Source of the DNA: Candidatus Magasanikiibacteriota bacterium
GTDB lineage: Bacteria > Patescibacteriota > Minisyncoccia > UBA6257 > GWB1-50-10
Assembly (NCBI GenBank): GCA_042218035.1
Contig: JBDGRM010000032.1
Location: 1-59,797, forward strand
Length of the DNA: 59,797 nt
Direction: 5' to 3'
Part shown: positions 18,701-27,401 of the stretch, piece after piece
Layout of the letters: each line of letters begins with the position of its first letter
Numbering within the stretch: position 1 is the stretch's first letter
Made by a program: the position numbers and the translations under genes
The notes under the pieces: model-generated
The model's database searches: none
Seen by the model: only the letters and a program-made list of their open reading frames with translations
What the model was told of the DNA's origin: nothing

Positions 18701-18871
18701 AAATTCTACTGCTCCGTAGAGGTTTCCATGATCGGTTAGTGCAAGAGCCTCCATCCCGTACTCCTTGGCTTGTTTTACTAGGCCTTTAGGCTTGGAAAGC
18801 CCATCCAGCATGGAGTAGTGAGAGTGAACGTGAAGGTGAGTAAAATTGGAATTTATTGATTGATTTCCCAT
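15707..18871 (-). CDS. dnaE: DNA polymerase III alpha subunit
   Basis: PHP domain FTHLHVHSHYSMLDG, GRGSAAGSLVSYVLGIT, FDIDFTD-like PDIDIDF, and a C-terminal OB fold. 1054 aa. Confidence 0.97.
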   Translation of the reverse strand: MGNQSINSNFTHLHVHSHYSMLDGLSKPKGLVKQAKEYGMEALALTDHGNLYGAVEFYQQAKEENIKPILGMEAYTAPHGRKNKEGGRDKERRHITFLAKNKKGWRNLIKLSTKGHLEGFYYKPRVDEELIKKYNEGIICLSGCRSSKISTHLLEGEKKKAKNTAERYSKLFGDDYYLEMQPHVPEIHEDLSEISKELNIPLVATGDTHYTNLEDKDAHEILLAVQTGNTIYDEDRLSLEEFNLSFRSLEEMKQEFEEYPSAIKNTMEIAQKCEIELETDTYRIPEFETPNGESSKEYLRTLLEERLRERYEEITDEIKERLERELKVINKMDFATYFLIVQDIVNWAKKRGIVVGPGRGSAAGSLVSYVLGITNVDPIKYDLLFERFLNPERIEVPDIDIDFTDTRRDEVMAYVREKYGEDHVAQIITFGKMKARAAIRDAGRALGLPYGLCDRIAKLIPFDATIDEAMEQVDELQEEYEEDEEIENLIDSAKKLEGVARHPSVHACGVVISPEPLTKHVPLQRAPQDENAVITQFEMDSVEELGLLKMDFLGLKNLTTIEETINLVEEHEGDKIDIENLPLDDKKTYELLQEGKTTGVFQLESDGMKRYLKKLRPTELEDVIAMISLYRPGPMDLIPQYIRRKHGEEEVTFIHPDLEPILGQTYGVGIYQEQMMQIARDLAGFSLGEADVLRKAIGKKIESLLQEQKQKLIEGMIDNGISQKKAEEIWELFPPFARYGFNRSHAASYAMISYQTAYLKAHYPIEFMTGLMNTSATDIDRITELVKEANNMGIEVMPPDVNKSMKNFSIDEEENAIRFGLLGIKNLGRNVVKGIIKERTQGGPFKNLTDFLSRIHRRDFNKTSLESLIKSGALTSLGISREKALTNLSKLVNFNQAARKKANSDQGDLFGKSKTGSLNLEEAKDIDKKQMLDWEKELLGLYLTDHPFSEYKDKIHPETEPIEQILIKEEDDHTKGIIAAGIINSVKQITTKRGNPMLFVSLEDDTDEMELLVFSDLLKKTRQIWKEGKAIAVKGRVSFRDEQPKLICNKVEGL

Positions 18872-18971
18872 TGCCGTTAATATTTTTTGAATTACTTGCT
18901 AACGTGTTTACTTTATCACTGCAGAACCCCTTTGTTAATTTTTTGGTTATTATTTCGATTTTTTTCTATAA

Positions 18972-19469
18972 TTGAAAGTAATGTTTCATTATCGAAGAGT
19001 TTTGTTTGCAGTTTTGGGTATGGTCATTGTTGGTTTAATGGCTAGTTACCCTTTTTTGCGAAAAATTCAAACAGCTAAAAGAAAAGCAAAAGTTAAAATC
19101 AACGATCAGGTTATAGTTGCTGATGTTGTTAATTCTGAGAAGAAACTGAAGAAAGGGCTCTCCGGTAAGGAGTCTCTGGGTTTGAATGAGGGTATGCTGT
19201 TCGTTTTTGACGAAAAGAAAAAAAGAAGTGTATGGATGAAAAATATGAGTTTTGCTATTGATGTGATATGGATTTCTGATAGAAAAATAGTTGGGGTCAC
19301 TGAAAAAATTCCTCCCCAGCCTAATGTTTCTGAAGAAAACTTAGATACATACAAATCTCCAAAACCGGTGGATAAGGTCTTGGAAGTCAAGACAGGGAGA
19401 GCTCAGTTGTTTAAAGCTTCGAAAGGAGATGAGGTGCTTGTAAAGCCCGTGATACCGGGTGCTTTTTAG
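18972..19469 (+). CDS. DUF192-family protein with an N-terminal membrane anchor
   Basis: GLSGKESLGLNEGMLFVF...VWMKNMSFAIDVIWIS matches the DUF192 pattern as I recall it. Confidence 0.65.
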   Translation: MKVMFHYRRVLFAVLGMVIVGLMASYPFLRKIQTAKRKAKVKINDQVIVADVVNSEKKLKKGLSGKESLGLNEGMLFVFDEKKKRSVWMKNMSFAIDVIWISDRKIVGVTEKIPPQPNVSEENLDTYKSPKPVDKVLEVKTGRAQLFKASKGDEVLVKPVIPGAF

Positions 19470-19518
19470 AGTGTTAGTCGATTTTGTTGTTTTTAATTAA
19501 AATTTAAAATGAATCTTT

Positions 19519-19947
19519 ATGGAGGTAGCTTATCAATCAAAAAATAAATACGTGTTAATTTTTGAAAAAGGGGAAGACTTTAAAGAAACCTTTCTTGAAT
19601 TTTTAAAAGAAGAGAATATTGAAAGCGCTTTCTTCTATGGGCTGGGGGGGTTTTTGAGTGTAGAGATAGCTTTTTATGACTTGGAGGGAGAAAAGGAGTA
19701 TCTCACAAAAGAAATTGAAGGTCCTTTCGAGGTGGCTAACGTGGTTGGTAATGTCTCTCTTCAGGAGGGAGAATTATCTATTCATAACCACGTAACTTTA
19801 GGAAGAGGGGATTACAAATCAAGAGCGGGACATCTGGTTAATGGAATAGTGGGAGGGACTTTAGAAGTAAAGTTGGATGTTCTAGAAGAAGGAGAGCCTT
19901 TAACTCGTGAGTTTGATGAAGAAACCGGACTTGATCTTTTGGGATAA
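19519..19947 (+). CDS. PPC/DUF296 domain protein (PD1-like DNA-binding fold)
   Basis: Size and pattern HNHVTLG...GHLVNGIVGGTLEV are typical of DUF296. Confidence 0.6.
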   Translation: MEVAYQSKNKYVLIFEKGEDFKETFLEFLKEENIESAFFYGLGGFLSVEIAFYDLEGEKEYLTKEIEGPFEVANVVGNVSLQEGELSIHNHVTLGRGDYKSRAGHLVNGIVGGTLEVKLDVLEEGEPLTREFDEETGLDLLG

Positions 19948-19994
19948 TTTTTAAATTTTTAAGGTCGCTTTAAGTTAAAAATAGATTTTTAAAA

Positions 19995-21011
19995 ATGGTT
20001 AATATTTCAATAAATGGTTTTGGCCGCATTGGGCGCCTTTTCTTTAGAAAAGCCTTTAAAAGTGATGCAATTAATTTAGTTGCTATCAATGATTTAGGTT
20101 CTACTGAGGAATTGGGCTATCTTTTGCAATACGATACTGTATACGGTGAATTCGAACATGATGTGCAGGCGAGTGGTGACTCTATAACTGTAGGTGAAAA
20201 GAAAATACCCTTTTTTGAAATTGAAAATCCTTCTGAACTTCCCTGGGAAGAGCTAGGGGTTGATATTGCTGTAGAAGCTACCGGTGTTTTTACTGAATAT
20301 GAAAAAGCGCGAGCTCATCTTGAGGCGGGGGCTGATAGAGTTGTTATTACCGCTCCTGGTGAAGGGGAGGAGGGTGTCCAAGGGAAAACCGTTTTGATGG
20401 GGGTAAATGAAGGTGAGATTGAAAAAACATTACTTACTTCTAATGCTTCCTGTACTACGAATGCTGCTTCCCCTGTTATAAGCATCATGAAAAACAATCT
20501 TGGAATAGAGAAGGCTATGCTTTCGACTATTCATGGATATACCGCTAGTCAAAATTTGGTGGATGGACTTCCGCAGGGTTCTAAAATTCGAAGGTCACGA
20601 GCTGCTGCTGAGAACATAATTCCCTCTTCTACCGGATCTGCAAAGGCTGTCGGTAAGGCCATAGAAGAAATGAAGTCAAAATTTGATGGGATTGCCTTTC
20701 GGGTTCCTGTGCCTGCCGGCTCGGTAGCTGATATAACTTTTCTTGCCAGCCAAGATACTTCAGTGGAGGAAGTTAATAAAATATTGAGGCAGGCGGATGA
20801 AAAACCTGAATGGGAAGGGGTGTATACTTATAGTGAAGATCCAATAGTTTCTTCAGATATAGTTGGAGAACCCTATGGGGCCATAGCTGACCTTTCTTAC
20901 ACTCGAGTTGTAGATTCTAACCTGGTAAAAGTTCTTTCTTGGTACGACAACGAGTATGGCTATGTGTCTACTCTAGTTAAGCATGTTAAAAAGGCAGCGG
21001 AATTACTGTAG
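19995..21011 (+). CDS. gap: Glyceraldehyde-3-phosphate dehydrogenase
   Basis: INGFGRIGR, SNASCTTN active site, and WYDNEYGY. 338 aa. Confidence 0.95.
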   Translation: MVNISINGFGRIGRLFFRKAFKSDAINLVAINDLGSTEELGYLLQYDTVYGEFEHDVQASGDSITVGEKKIPFFEIENPSELPWEELGVDIAVEATGVFTEYEKARAHLEAGADRVVITAPGEGEEGVQGKTVLMGVNEGEIEKTLLTSNASCTTNAASPVISIMKNNLGIEKAMLSTIHGYTASQNLVDGLPQGSKIRRSRAAAENIIPSSTGSAKAVGKAIEEMKSKFDGIAFRVPVPAGSVADITFLASQDTSVEEVNKILRQADEKPEWEGVYTYSEDPIVSSDIVGEPYGAIADLSYTRVVDSNLVKVLSWYDNEYGYVSTLVKHVKKAAELL

Positions 21012-21055
21012 ATTTCGTGGTTGGCGGTTAGAATTTTTAATTAAATATTTTACTT

Positions 21056-22351
21056 ATGCAAAATCTTTTAGATGATTTGGAAAATGAAAAAGAAGAAGGT
21101 GAGGCTGAGAAAGATGTATTTTCCGTGAGCGATTTTTTAGATTTGATAAACACTGAACTGGAGGAGTTTGAGGCGCGGATTGTAGGGGAAGTTACGAGTA
21201 TTTCAAAAAGAAGCAACTACCTTCGCTTCAAAATAAAGGACAGTGAGGATGAGAGCATTTTGAAATGCTTTATGTGGAGGAGTGACTATAAAATTTCTGA
21301 TGTTGAAATAGAAGAGGGCATGGAAATAATAGTGCAGGGCTATCCTGAAGTTTATAAACCTTATGGTGATTTGAGCTTGCAAACGCAGACCGTTGAGCTG
21401 GTGGGAGAAGGGGCTTTAATGAAGGCTTATAAAAAACTGAAGAAAAAACTTAAAAAAGAGGGGGTTTTTTCAGAAGAAAGAAAAAGAGATTTGCCGCAAT
21501 TTCCTAAAAAAATTGGAGTTATAACCTCTCTTCGAGGAGGGACTGTTATTCATGACTTTGAAAATAACTTGGGAAAATTTGGATTTTCTATAAAAGCTAT
21601 TGATGCCAGGGTGGAGGGTAAAAAAGCTACTAAAAGTTTGCTCTCTGCTTTGGATAGGGCGGAGGATTTGGATATAGATGTTTTGGTAATTATAAGAGGA
21701 GGAGGTTCAATTGAGGCTCTGCAGGCGTTCGATAATGAAGTTCTGGTGAGAAAGGTAGTTGATTTTGATGTCCCGGTTATTGCCGGTATAGGCCATCACG
21801 AAGACAAAACCCTTGTAGCTTTGGCTGCTGACCGAGCCGAGTCTACACCTCAAGGAGTTGCTGAAATGTTGAACGAGCCCTGGAAAGAGGCTCGAAATGC
21901 ACTTGCTTTGCACAAAAAAAGTCTTTTTTCCAAAATGGAAAATGTTCTCGGCGAAACCCGGAGAGAGTTTGATAACCTCTCTTCTTTGCTCAGTAATAAT
22001 TTCAAACAAATAGTTGACACCTTTAAGAATGTTCAGAGCAAGTGGGAGTCTGTAATGGGTGAATTTAGCCATAGAATCCAGAAAGTAAAAAAGGAAATTG
22101 AAACCTCATTTCAATTTATTAGCCGCGATATGGATTCCGCTATTGAAAATGTTCACTCTGAACTTCAAGAAGCAAAGAAAGTTTTTGACATGAATGACCC
22201 AAGAAGAAATCTAGACTTGGGATATAGTATTGTTTCAAAGGATGGAGACGTAATTAAAAGTGTGGATGACGTTTCTGTTGGAGATGGTCTTGAGATAAAA
22301 GTTTCAGATGGTAACATAGATTCTGAAGTGAAAGAAAAGAATTCTAATTAG
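21056..22351 (+). CDS. xseA: Exodeoxyribonuclease VII large subunit
   Basis: N-terminal OB fold (VSDFLDLIN...GEVTS), IGVITS, and VLVIIRGGGSIEALQAFDNE. Followed by xseB. Confidence 0.9.
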   Translation: MQNLLDDLENEKEEGEAEKDVFSVSDFLDLINTELEEFEARIVGEVTSISKRSNYLRFKIKDSEDESILKCFMWRSDYKISDVEIEEGMEIIVQGYPEVYKPYGDLSLQTQTVELVGEGALMKAYKKLKKKLKKEGVFSEERKRDLPQFPKKIGVITSLRGGTVIHDFENNLGKFGFSIKAIDARVEGKKATKSLLSALDRAEDLDIDVLVIIRGGGSIEALQAFDNEVLVRKVVDFDVPVIAGIGHHEDKTLVALAADRAESTPQGVAEMLNEPWKEARNALALHKKSLFSKMENVLGETRREFDNLSSLLSNNFKQIVDTFKNVQSKWESVMGEFSHRIQKVKKEIETSFQFISRDMDSAIENVHSELQEAKKVFDMNDPRRNLDLGYSIVSKDGDVIKSVDDVSVGDGLEIKVSDGNIDSEVKEKNSN

Positions 22352-22374
22352 TTTAAATTCTAAATTAAATCATT

Positions 22375-22596
22375 ATGTCGACAAAAAACCAAAAGGAAGG
22401 AGAAGATTTTGACCTTTCTCAAGCATTATCTAATTTGAGGGATTTAGTTGACTGGTTTGAAAACCAGGAAGAGGTGGATGTAGAAAAGGGGCTTGAAAAG
22501 GTAAAAGAGGGAGCTGATCTTATAGACAAAAGTAAATCGAGGCTCAAAGAAATAGAGAATGAATTTGAAGAAGTTAAAAATGATTTAGAAGATTAA
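22375..22596 (+). CDS. xseB: Exodeoxyribonuclease VII small subunit
   Basis: 73-aa helical protein (LSNLRDLVDWFE...GLEKVKEG) directly downstream of xseA. Confidence 0.8.
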   Translation: MSTKNQKEGEDFDLSQALSNLRDLVDWFENQEEVDVEKGLEKVKEGADLIDKSKSRLKEIENEFEEVKNDLED

Positions 22597-22625
22597 ATGT
22601 AGATAAAATTAATTTATAGAAAATC

Positions 22626-23024
22626 ATGAAAAAATTTATAACTTTTCTTGTAATAATTTTTGCGGTTACGGGATTAGTTTACTTTTTTGCCAATAATTCC
22701 GTTCCAGAAAATGGAAACACTGAAGGAGATAAAGAGGTGCAAGTTTCCCGTAATTACGGTTCTAAAATAGTTTATACTCAAAATGTAGGTTCTGACGCTT
22801 CTTCTTATAGAAGTGATTGCAAGAGAAGGGGGGGTACTTTCAGAGAGTGTGGAAATATATGTAAGCCGAATGCTTCAGCTTGTGCCGAGGTGTGTGCCTA
22901 CACCTGCACAGACATCCCAACGGGTGACCAGAACAGTTCAACAAGTTCGGATGAGAAAAAATCAAAAATGGTTCCTACTTCCAGTCCAGAGTCTCCAGAC
23001 ACCCCGACTTCTACAAAGCTATAA
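22626..23024 (+). CDS. Small secreted Cys-rich protein (hypothetical)
   Basis: Signal/anchor MKKFITFLVIIFAVTGLVYFFA. Seven Cys within CKRRGGTFRECGNICKPNASACAEVCAYTCTD. Confidence 0.55.
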   Translation: MKKFITFLVIIFAVTGLVYFFANNSVPENGNTEGDKEVQVSRNYGSKIVYTQNVGSDASSYRSDCKRRGGTFRECGNICKPNASACAEVCAYTCTDIPTGDQNSSTSSDEKKSKMVPTSSPESPDTPTSTKL

Positions 23025-23035
23025 ATTTTTTTGCT

Positions 23036-24235
23036 TTGATGGAGGAGAAAGAAAAAAATAAGATTTTCCAAATTTTTCTCCCAGCCCTATTAATCGTAGG
23101 AATTGCAGTTCCTACGATTGCCCGGGCTGGTTTTTTTAATTTTTCTGGCTTTTTTGAGGATATAGAAAGTATTTTTTCTGCAAAGCAAGCAAAAAAAGAC
23201 CAGAGCAAAAAGGATTCTAACCAGCCCGTTCTAGTCCGTAGCTTAAAAAAGGGTGAAAGCGGAAAAGAGGTAATTAAATTACAGAAATTGTTGGATAAGA
23301 TATTCAAATCTTATGATAAAGAAATAATCACTGGTTATTTTGGTGAAATAACCAATGAGGCAATTAAGAATTTTCAAAGGATTTATGATTTGAGAGTTTC
23401 TGGTAAGGTAAACAAAGAAACACGCTCTGAATTAAATAAAATTGCTAACAAGAAGGGTTTTAATTTAAGCTCGCCAAAAGGTTTAAGTTTAGCTCCCGGT
23501 GTGCGTACCGCCAGTTCCGTAGAACACTTTCAGGCCAGTAATATTACTTTAAGCAAACCCAAAAAAGACCAAAGAAATTATTCTTTAGAAGATAAACCTT
23601 CTTACGATATTTCAAAGATTGAAACTGCCATTTTTCGGGAGGTAAATGACTTCCGTCGTATTTCTGGAAAAGATCCTCTTAAGCATAAGGGTGCTTTGTC
23701 GCGGATAGCTGAAAAGCATTCAAATTATTTAGCTAAAATAAATAAAGATTTGGTTTCTAGAGCAAAACATTGCGATTACCCTTTATTAATACACGAAGGT
23801 TTTAACTTTGGCTCCGATGTAGTGGAAAGATTGAAAAATTCTGGATTAGAATTTCAGTCGGCAGGTGAGAATCTAGCATTATTTCCCCTGGACAAAAATT
23901 TGATTTATCGCTATCGAAGTGAATCTGATATAAAAAAATGTAAAAAAGTTAAAGACTTTAATTTTGACAACGGTTGGAACCAAGAAACAAAGAAAAAGGC
24001 TTTAAAGAGGGAAATAAAGCAAAGAAAGCGTTTATTAAAAAAAGCAAGGAGTGTAAACTGGAAACAGCGGGAATGGAAAAATATTAATGAAATATCGAGA
24101 AGGGCAATCCGTTTGTGGAAAAATTCTTTTCAACATCGAAAAAACATGCTGAAAGCTTCTTTTGATGCCTCAGGTGTGGGAGTTGCTATAGCAGGTGATT
24201 ATTTGATAGTAACTCAAGTTTTCATTGACAGCTGA
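23036..24235 (+). CDS. Secreted protein with a peptidoglycan-binding domain plus a CAP/SCP (PR-1-like) domain
   Basis: N-terminal TM. PG_binding_1-like SGKEVIKLQKLL...GYFGEITNEAIKNFQ. CAP-like FREVNDFR...HSNYLAK...GENLA...HRKNML...GVGVA. Confidence 0.7.
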   Translation: MMEEKEKNKIFQIFLPALLIVGIAVPTIARAGFFNFSGFFEDIESIFSAKQAKKDQSKKDSNQPVLVRSLKKGESGKEVIKLQKLLDKIFKSYDKEIITGYFGEITNEAIKNFQRIYDLRVSGKVNKETRSELNKIANKKGFNLSSPKGLSLAPGVRTASSVEHFQASNITLSKPKKDQRNYSLEDKPSYDISKIETAIFREVNDFRRISGKDPLKHKGALSRIAEKHSNYLAKINKDLVSRAKHCDYPLLIHEGFNFGSDVVERLKNSGLEFQSAGENLALFPLDKNLIYRYRSESDIKKCKKVKDFNFDNGWNQETKKKALKREIKQRKRLLKKARSVNWKQREWKNINEISRRAIRLWKNSFQHRKNMLKASFDASGVGVAIAGDYLIVTQVFIDS

Positions 24236-24297
24236 ATTTAGTTATACTTAAGCTTAGTTGTAAAGAGGTTAATTTAAGTAAAAATTAAAAAAATAGT

Positions 24298-24534
24298 ATG
24301 TTTGATAAACTAAAACAGATGAAAAAATTAAAAGACCTTCAAAGTCAAATGAAATCGAAGGAAGCTAGTTTTGAAAGAGATGGAGTGGAGGTTACCGTGA
24401 ATGGAAGTATGAAAATTGAAGATGTCAGCTTGAATAATGAGCTGAGTTCTGAAAAGCAAGAGAGGTTGGTTAAGAAATGTGCTAATAAGGCTTTTGACCA
24501 ACTTAAAAAGGAAATGGCAAAAGATTTTAGTTAA
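24298..24534 (+). CDS. YbaB/EbfC-family nucleoid-associated protein
   Basis: 78 aa. LKQMKKLKDLQSQM...VEVTVNGSMKIEDVSLN matches the YbaB pattern. Confidence 0.6.
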   Translation: MFDKLKQMKKLKDLQSQMKSKEASFERDGVEVTVNGSMKIEDVSLNNELSSEKQERLVKKCANKAFDQLKKEMAKDFS

Positions 24535-24547
24535 GAAATAGTAATTT

Positions 24548-24745
24548 ATGACTCAAGAATATGTTTTAACTGAAGAAGAAAGAGAGTTAGCCATTAAAGA
24601 GTTAGCTGGTCTTTTAGAGGAAGCAAAAGAGGCCCATCACCAGTATGAACAGGAAGAATTAGGTGGTGAGACTGATGAAAACTGGGCTGAATTTTATGCG
24701 GAATATATTTTGGAGCGTTTTCAAGAGATGGAAGAAGAAAATTAA
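24548..24745 (+). CDS. Small acidic hypothetical protein
   Basis: 65-aa ORF in the same direction as its neighbours, 13 nt after the previous stop. No motif. Confidence 0.4.
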   Translation: MTQEYVLTEEERELAIKELAGLLEEAKEAHHQYEQEELGGETDENWAEFYAEYILERFQEMEEEN

Positions 24746-24795
24746 TTTAGTAAGACCCAAAAGGTCGTTAACAAAAATTTATTGAAATTAAAAAA

Positions 24796-25929
24796 ATGAA
24801 AAAACAAGTTTTTACTTTAATTTTTGCTTTTGTTTTTTTGTTTGTAGGAGTTGCTGCTGTTCAAGCTAATGGACACCAGGATAATAGTTTTAATTTGGTA
24901 GACCCCGGTGTGTTACCCGGAAGCCCTCTTTATTTTGTGAAAAGTTTCTCTGAGAGAATAAACACTCTTTTTACCTTTGGCTCTCTTAATAAAGCAGAAA
25001 GATATAGCCGTTTGGCTGAAAAGAGATTAGCTGAAGCTAGAGCTTTAGCTGAAAAAGGTAAAGAAAAAATGGTGTCCCGGGCTATAGATAAATATCAAAA
25101 TTTTTTGAAAAAAGCTGAAAAAAGAGTTTCAAAGGTAGAGAGAAAACCAGAACGTAAGCAGTCAGTTATTTCAAAGATTGCCAGTTCTACTATGAAGCAT
25201 CAAGCAGTTCTTGCAGAAGTTTATGAAAAGGTGCCTGAATCTGCTAAGAACGGAATTAAAAATGCTATAAATGCAAGTAAAACAGTTGCGAACGGAATGG
25301 TGAGGTCCTTACCTCAACAAGCACAACAAAAAGTGCGGAAGGAAATGGAAAAAGTTCAGATGAAGGTTTCTCAGAAGCTTAATGAATTGCGAGGACGAGG
25401 CGTTCCCATTCCGGAAGTGGCTGGTCCTAATTTTGGTACTAGCACGCAACCTGGTGTGCCCAAGAAGCCCACTTCTTCTTTGGAGGGTCCACCAAATAAT
25501 GTTCCTGGGCCTGGAGAAGATAAAAAACCACCTAAATCTCCTCGAGGCGAACCTAAGGAAAAAGAAAATAATAGTGAGAAGGTAGAAAAGCCATCCCTTG
25601 ATCGAGTTCAAAAAGCTTCTAGCAAGGATCAATGTATTTTAGTTGATGATGGTATTTGCGGTTGTAGTCAGGGTGGTGGTTCTGTTGCTATTAACAAGAA
25701 ATATAAAGAGGAATGGAATAATTGGTTGTCTAATTTGAAGGACAAGAAAGGTAATTTGGCCTGTCCGCAGGTTTACAAGTGTGGAGATTACAGTATTAAG
25801 TACAGCAATGGTAGGTGTAAGACCTCTTTTCAGATGAATGAAACAGATGAGTTAGAGAGCTCAAACAACAAGGCAAAGGGTGAGAAAAACCAAAATGAAA
25901 AAAGCCAAGGCGTTACCCCAACTTATTAG
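24796..25929 (+). CDS. Secreted protein with a DUF5667-like N-terminal region and a Cys-rich C-terminal module
   Basis: Signal peptide ending VQANG. PGSPLYFVKSFSERI...AERYSRLAEKRLAEA, then a Pro/Lys-rich linker. C-terminal CILVDDGICGCS...CPQVYKCG...GRCK. Confidence 0.55.
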   Translation: MKKQVFTLIFAFVFLFVGVAAVQANGHQDNSFNLVDPGVLPGSPLYFVKSFSERINTLFTFGSLNKAERYSRLAEKRLAEARALAEKGKEKMVSRAIDKYQNFLKKAEKRVSKVERKPERKQSVISKIASSTMKHQAVLAEVYEKVPESAKNGIKNAINASKTVANGMVRSLPQQAQQKVRKEMEKVQMKVSQKLNELRGRGVPIPEVAGPNFGTSTQPGVPKKPTSSLEGPPNNVPGPGEDKKPPKSPRGEPKEKENNSEKVEKPSLDRVQKASSKDQCILVDDGICGCSQGGGSVAINKKYKEEWNNWLSNLKDKKGNLACPQVYKCGDYSIKYSNGRCKTSFQMNETDELESSNNKAKGEKNQNEKSQGVTPTY

Positions 25930-26009
25930 AATACCCTCTTATTTTGAAATGGCCCCATCTTTATGGTGGGGCTTCTCTCTTTCATAACATAACTTTAGAT
26001 ATAAATTTT

Positions 26010-26996
26010 ATGTGGTTTTACATCTTAGTCTTGATATTAAGTTTTTCTGGGTTTTTACTTTCTATTTATATCAACCAAAAGAAAAGAGGGGAAGATAAGC
26101 TAGTGTGTCCGGTTGGAGCGAGTTGTAAGCCGGTGATAAAAAGTAAGTACTCAAAATTTTTTGGTGTTAATTTAGAGATTTGGGGGATTTTGTACTATTT
26201 TTCAATATTTGTTTACTACAGTATAAGTTTTGCGTTTCTTGATTTTCCCTTACAACTTGATTTGTTTGTCTTTGGGCTCACATTTGCTTCATTCTTATTT
26301 TCTTTGTATTTAACGTTTATTCAAGCCTTTGTTTTAAAAGAGTGGTGTAGTTGGTGCTTGTGTTCTGCTTTTTGTTCTACAATGATATTTTTCTTTTCCT
26401 CCCTTATTTTGCCTGAAGGAGTTTTGAATGTTGTTCTTCAAGAGACTCGAGCCATTTGGGGGGTTCATCTCATTTCTGTTGCTTTGGGTGTAGGGGTATC
26501 TACTGTATTGGTAATTCTTTTTATGCGTTTCTTGCGAGACTTGAGGGTTTCGGATTGGGAATCTCATATTTTAAGAATCGTTTTTGATTTAGGCTGGTTG
26601 TCTCTGTTGGTATACATAGCCAGTGGAGGTTTAATTTATTTGCCCGGCTTGGCAAGTGGAGTAATTTCTCCTTTAGTTTTTTTAAAGTTTGTGGTTTTAA
26701 CTTTTGTGGTGGCCAATTCTGCAGTGCTTCATTTCATTTTAGAGCCGAAATTGGAAAAAATCTCTTCGGGCAAACCTCATAATCATCAAGAAGGTGAGCT
26801 TTTAGAAATTCATAAGGCTAGTTTTGGTTTGGGCGGCACTCTGCTAACTTCTTGGTATTTTCTTTTCTTTATTTCTATCTTGAGAACTGTCCCGCTCGGA
26901 ATTTTTAGTATGATTTTGGTTTATATATCTGTTTTGCTGTTTGGTTTGTTTATTTCTCAAATAGCTGAAAAGCACTTTCGGAAAGCTAAAGAATAA
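26010..26996 (+). CDS. VKOR-family thiol oxidoreductase fused to an extra polytopic membrane domain
   Basis: Loop Cys pair CPVGASC and the TM active site WCSWCLCSA. About 200 further aa with several hydrophobic segments. I place the start at ATG 26010, not the upstream TTG at 25944. Confidence 0.75.
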   Translation: MWFYILVLILSFSGFLLSIYINQKKRGEDKLVCPVGASCKPVIKSKYSKFFGVNLEIWGILYYFSIFVYYSISFAFLDFPLQLDLFVFGLTFASFLFSLYLTFIQAFVLKEWCSWCLCSAFCSTMIFFFSSLILPEGVLNVVLQETRAIWGVHLISVALGVGVSTVLVILFMRFLRDLRVSDWESHILRIVFDLGWLSLLVYIASGGLIYLPGLASGVISPLVFLKFVVLTFVVANSAVLHFILEPKLEKISSGKPHNHQEGELLEIHKASFGLGGTLLTSWYFLFFISILRTVPLGIFSMILVYISVLLFGLFISQIAEKHFRKAKE

Positions 26997-27040
26997 TTTC
27001 TAGTTTTTTGTTTAATAAATTTGTTATAATTAATTTTGTA

Positions 27041-27391
27041 ATGTTGAATATTTTTCAAGAAAATCAGAAAGGTTTTTCTAATCTAATATTGCTATCAGCT
27101 TTTTTTGTGGTGGCAGTAGGGTTGGGTGTATATGGGTATATAGCTTTTTCTGGCCAATCTCAGGATGTTTCTAAAACGAAGGATGGCAATAATGTGACAT
27201 CTAAAAAAACAACCTCTACTTTTAGTTCTTCTGAAAGTGTAGGTTCAGAAGTTGAAAATCAAAAAGCGGCAACTTCTGATGCAGTTAAGGAGGTAGATGT
27301 TGCTACCTCAGCTAAAGAGGTTTTACCCGACTCTCCCCAAGAGAGTGTCCCTAATCCAATTGATAGTTCTTATAAAAATCCTTTTAAATAA
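27041..27391 (+). CDS. Membrane-anchored Ser/Thr-rich hypothetical protein
   Basis: MLNIFQENQKGFSNLILLSAFFVVAVGL (pilin-like leader but no Glu at +5), then low-complexity sequence. Confidence 0.45.
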   Translation: MLNIFQENQKGFSNLILLSAFFVVAVGLGVYGYIAFSGQSQDVSKTKDGNNVTSKKTTSTFSSSESVGSEVENQKAATSDAVKEVDVATSAKEVLPDSPQESVPNPIDSSYKNPFK

Positions 27392-27401
27392 AAAATAATT
27401 T

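Noticed and set aside
27041-27391. Type IV pilin / pseudopilin call for the QKGFSNLILL leader
   Set aside because: The G-F-S context resembles a prepilin site, but the conserved Glu at +5 is missing, and no pilus assembly genes are nearby. I kept it as a hypothetical anchored protein.
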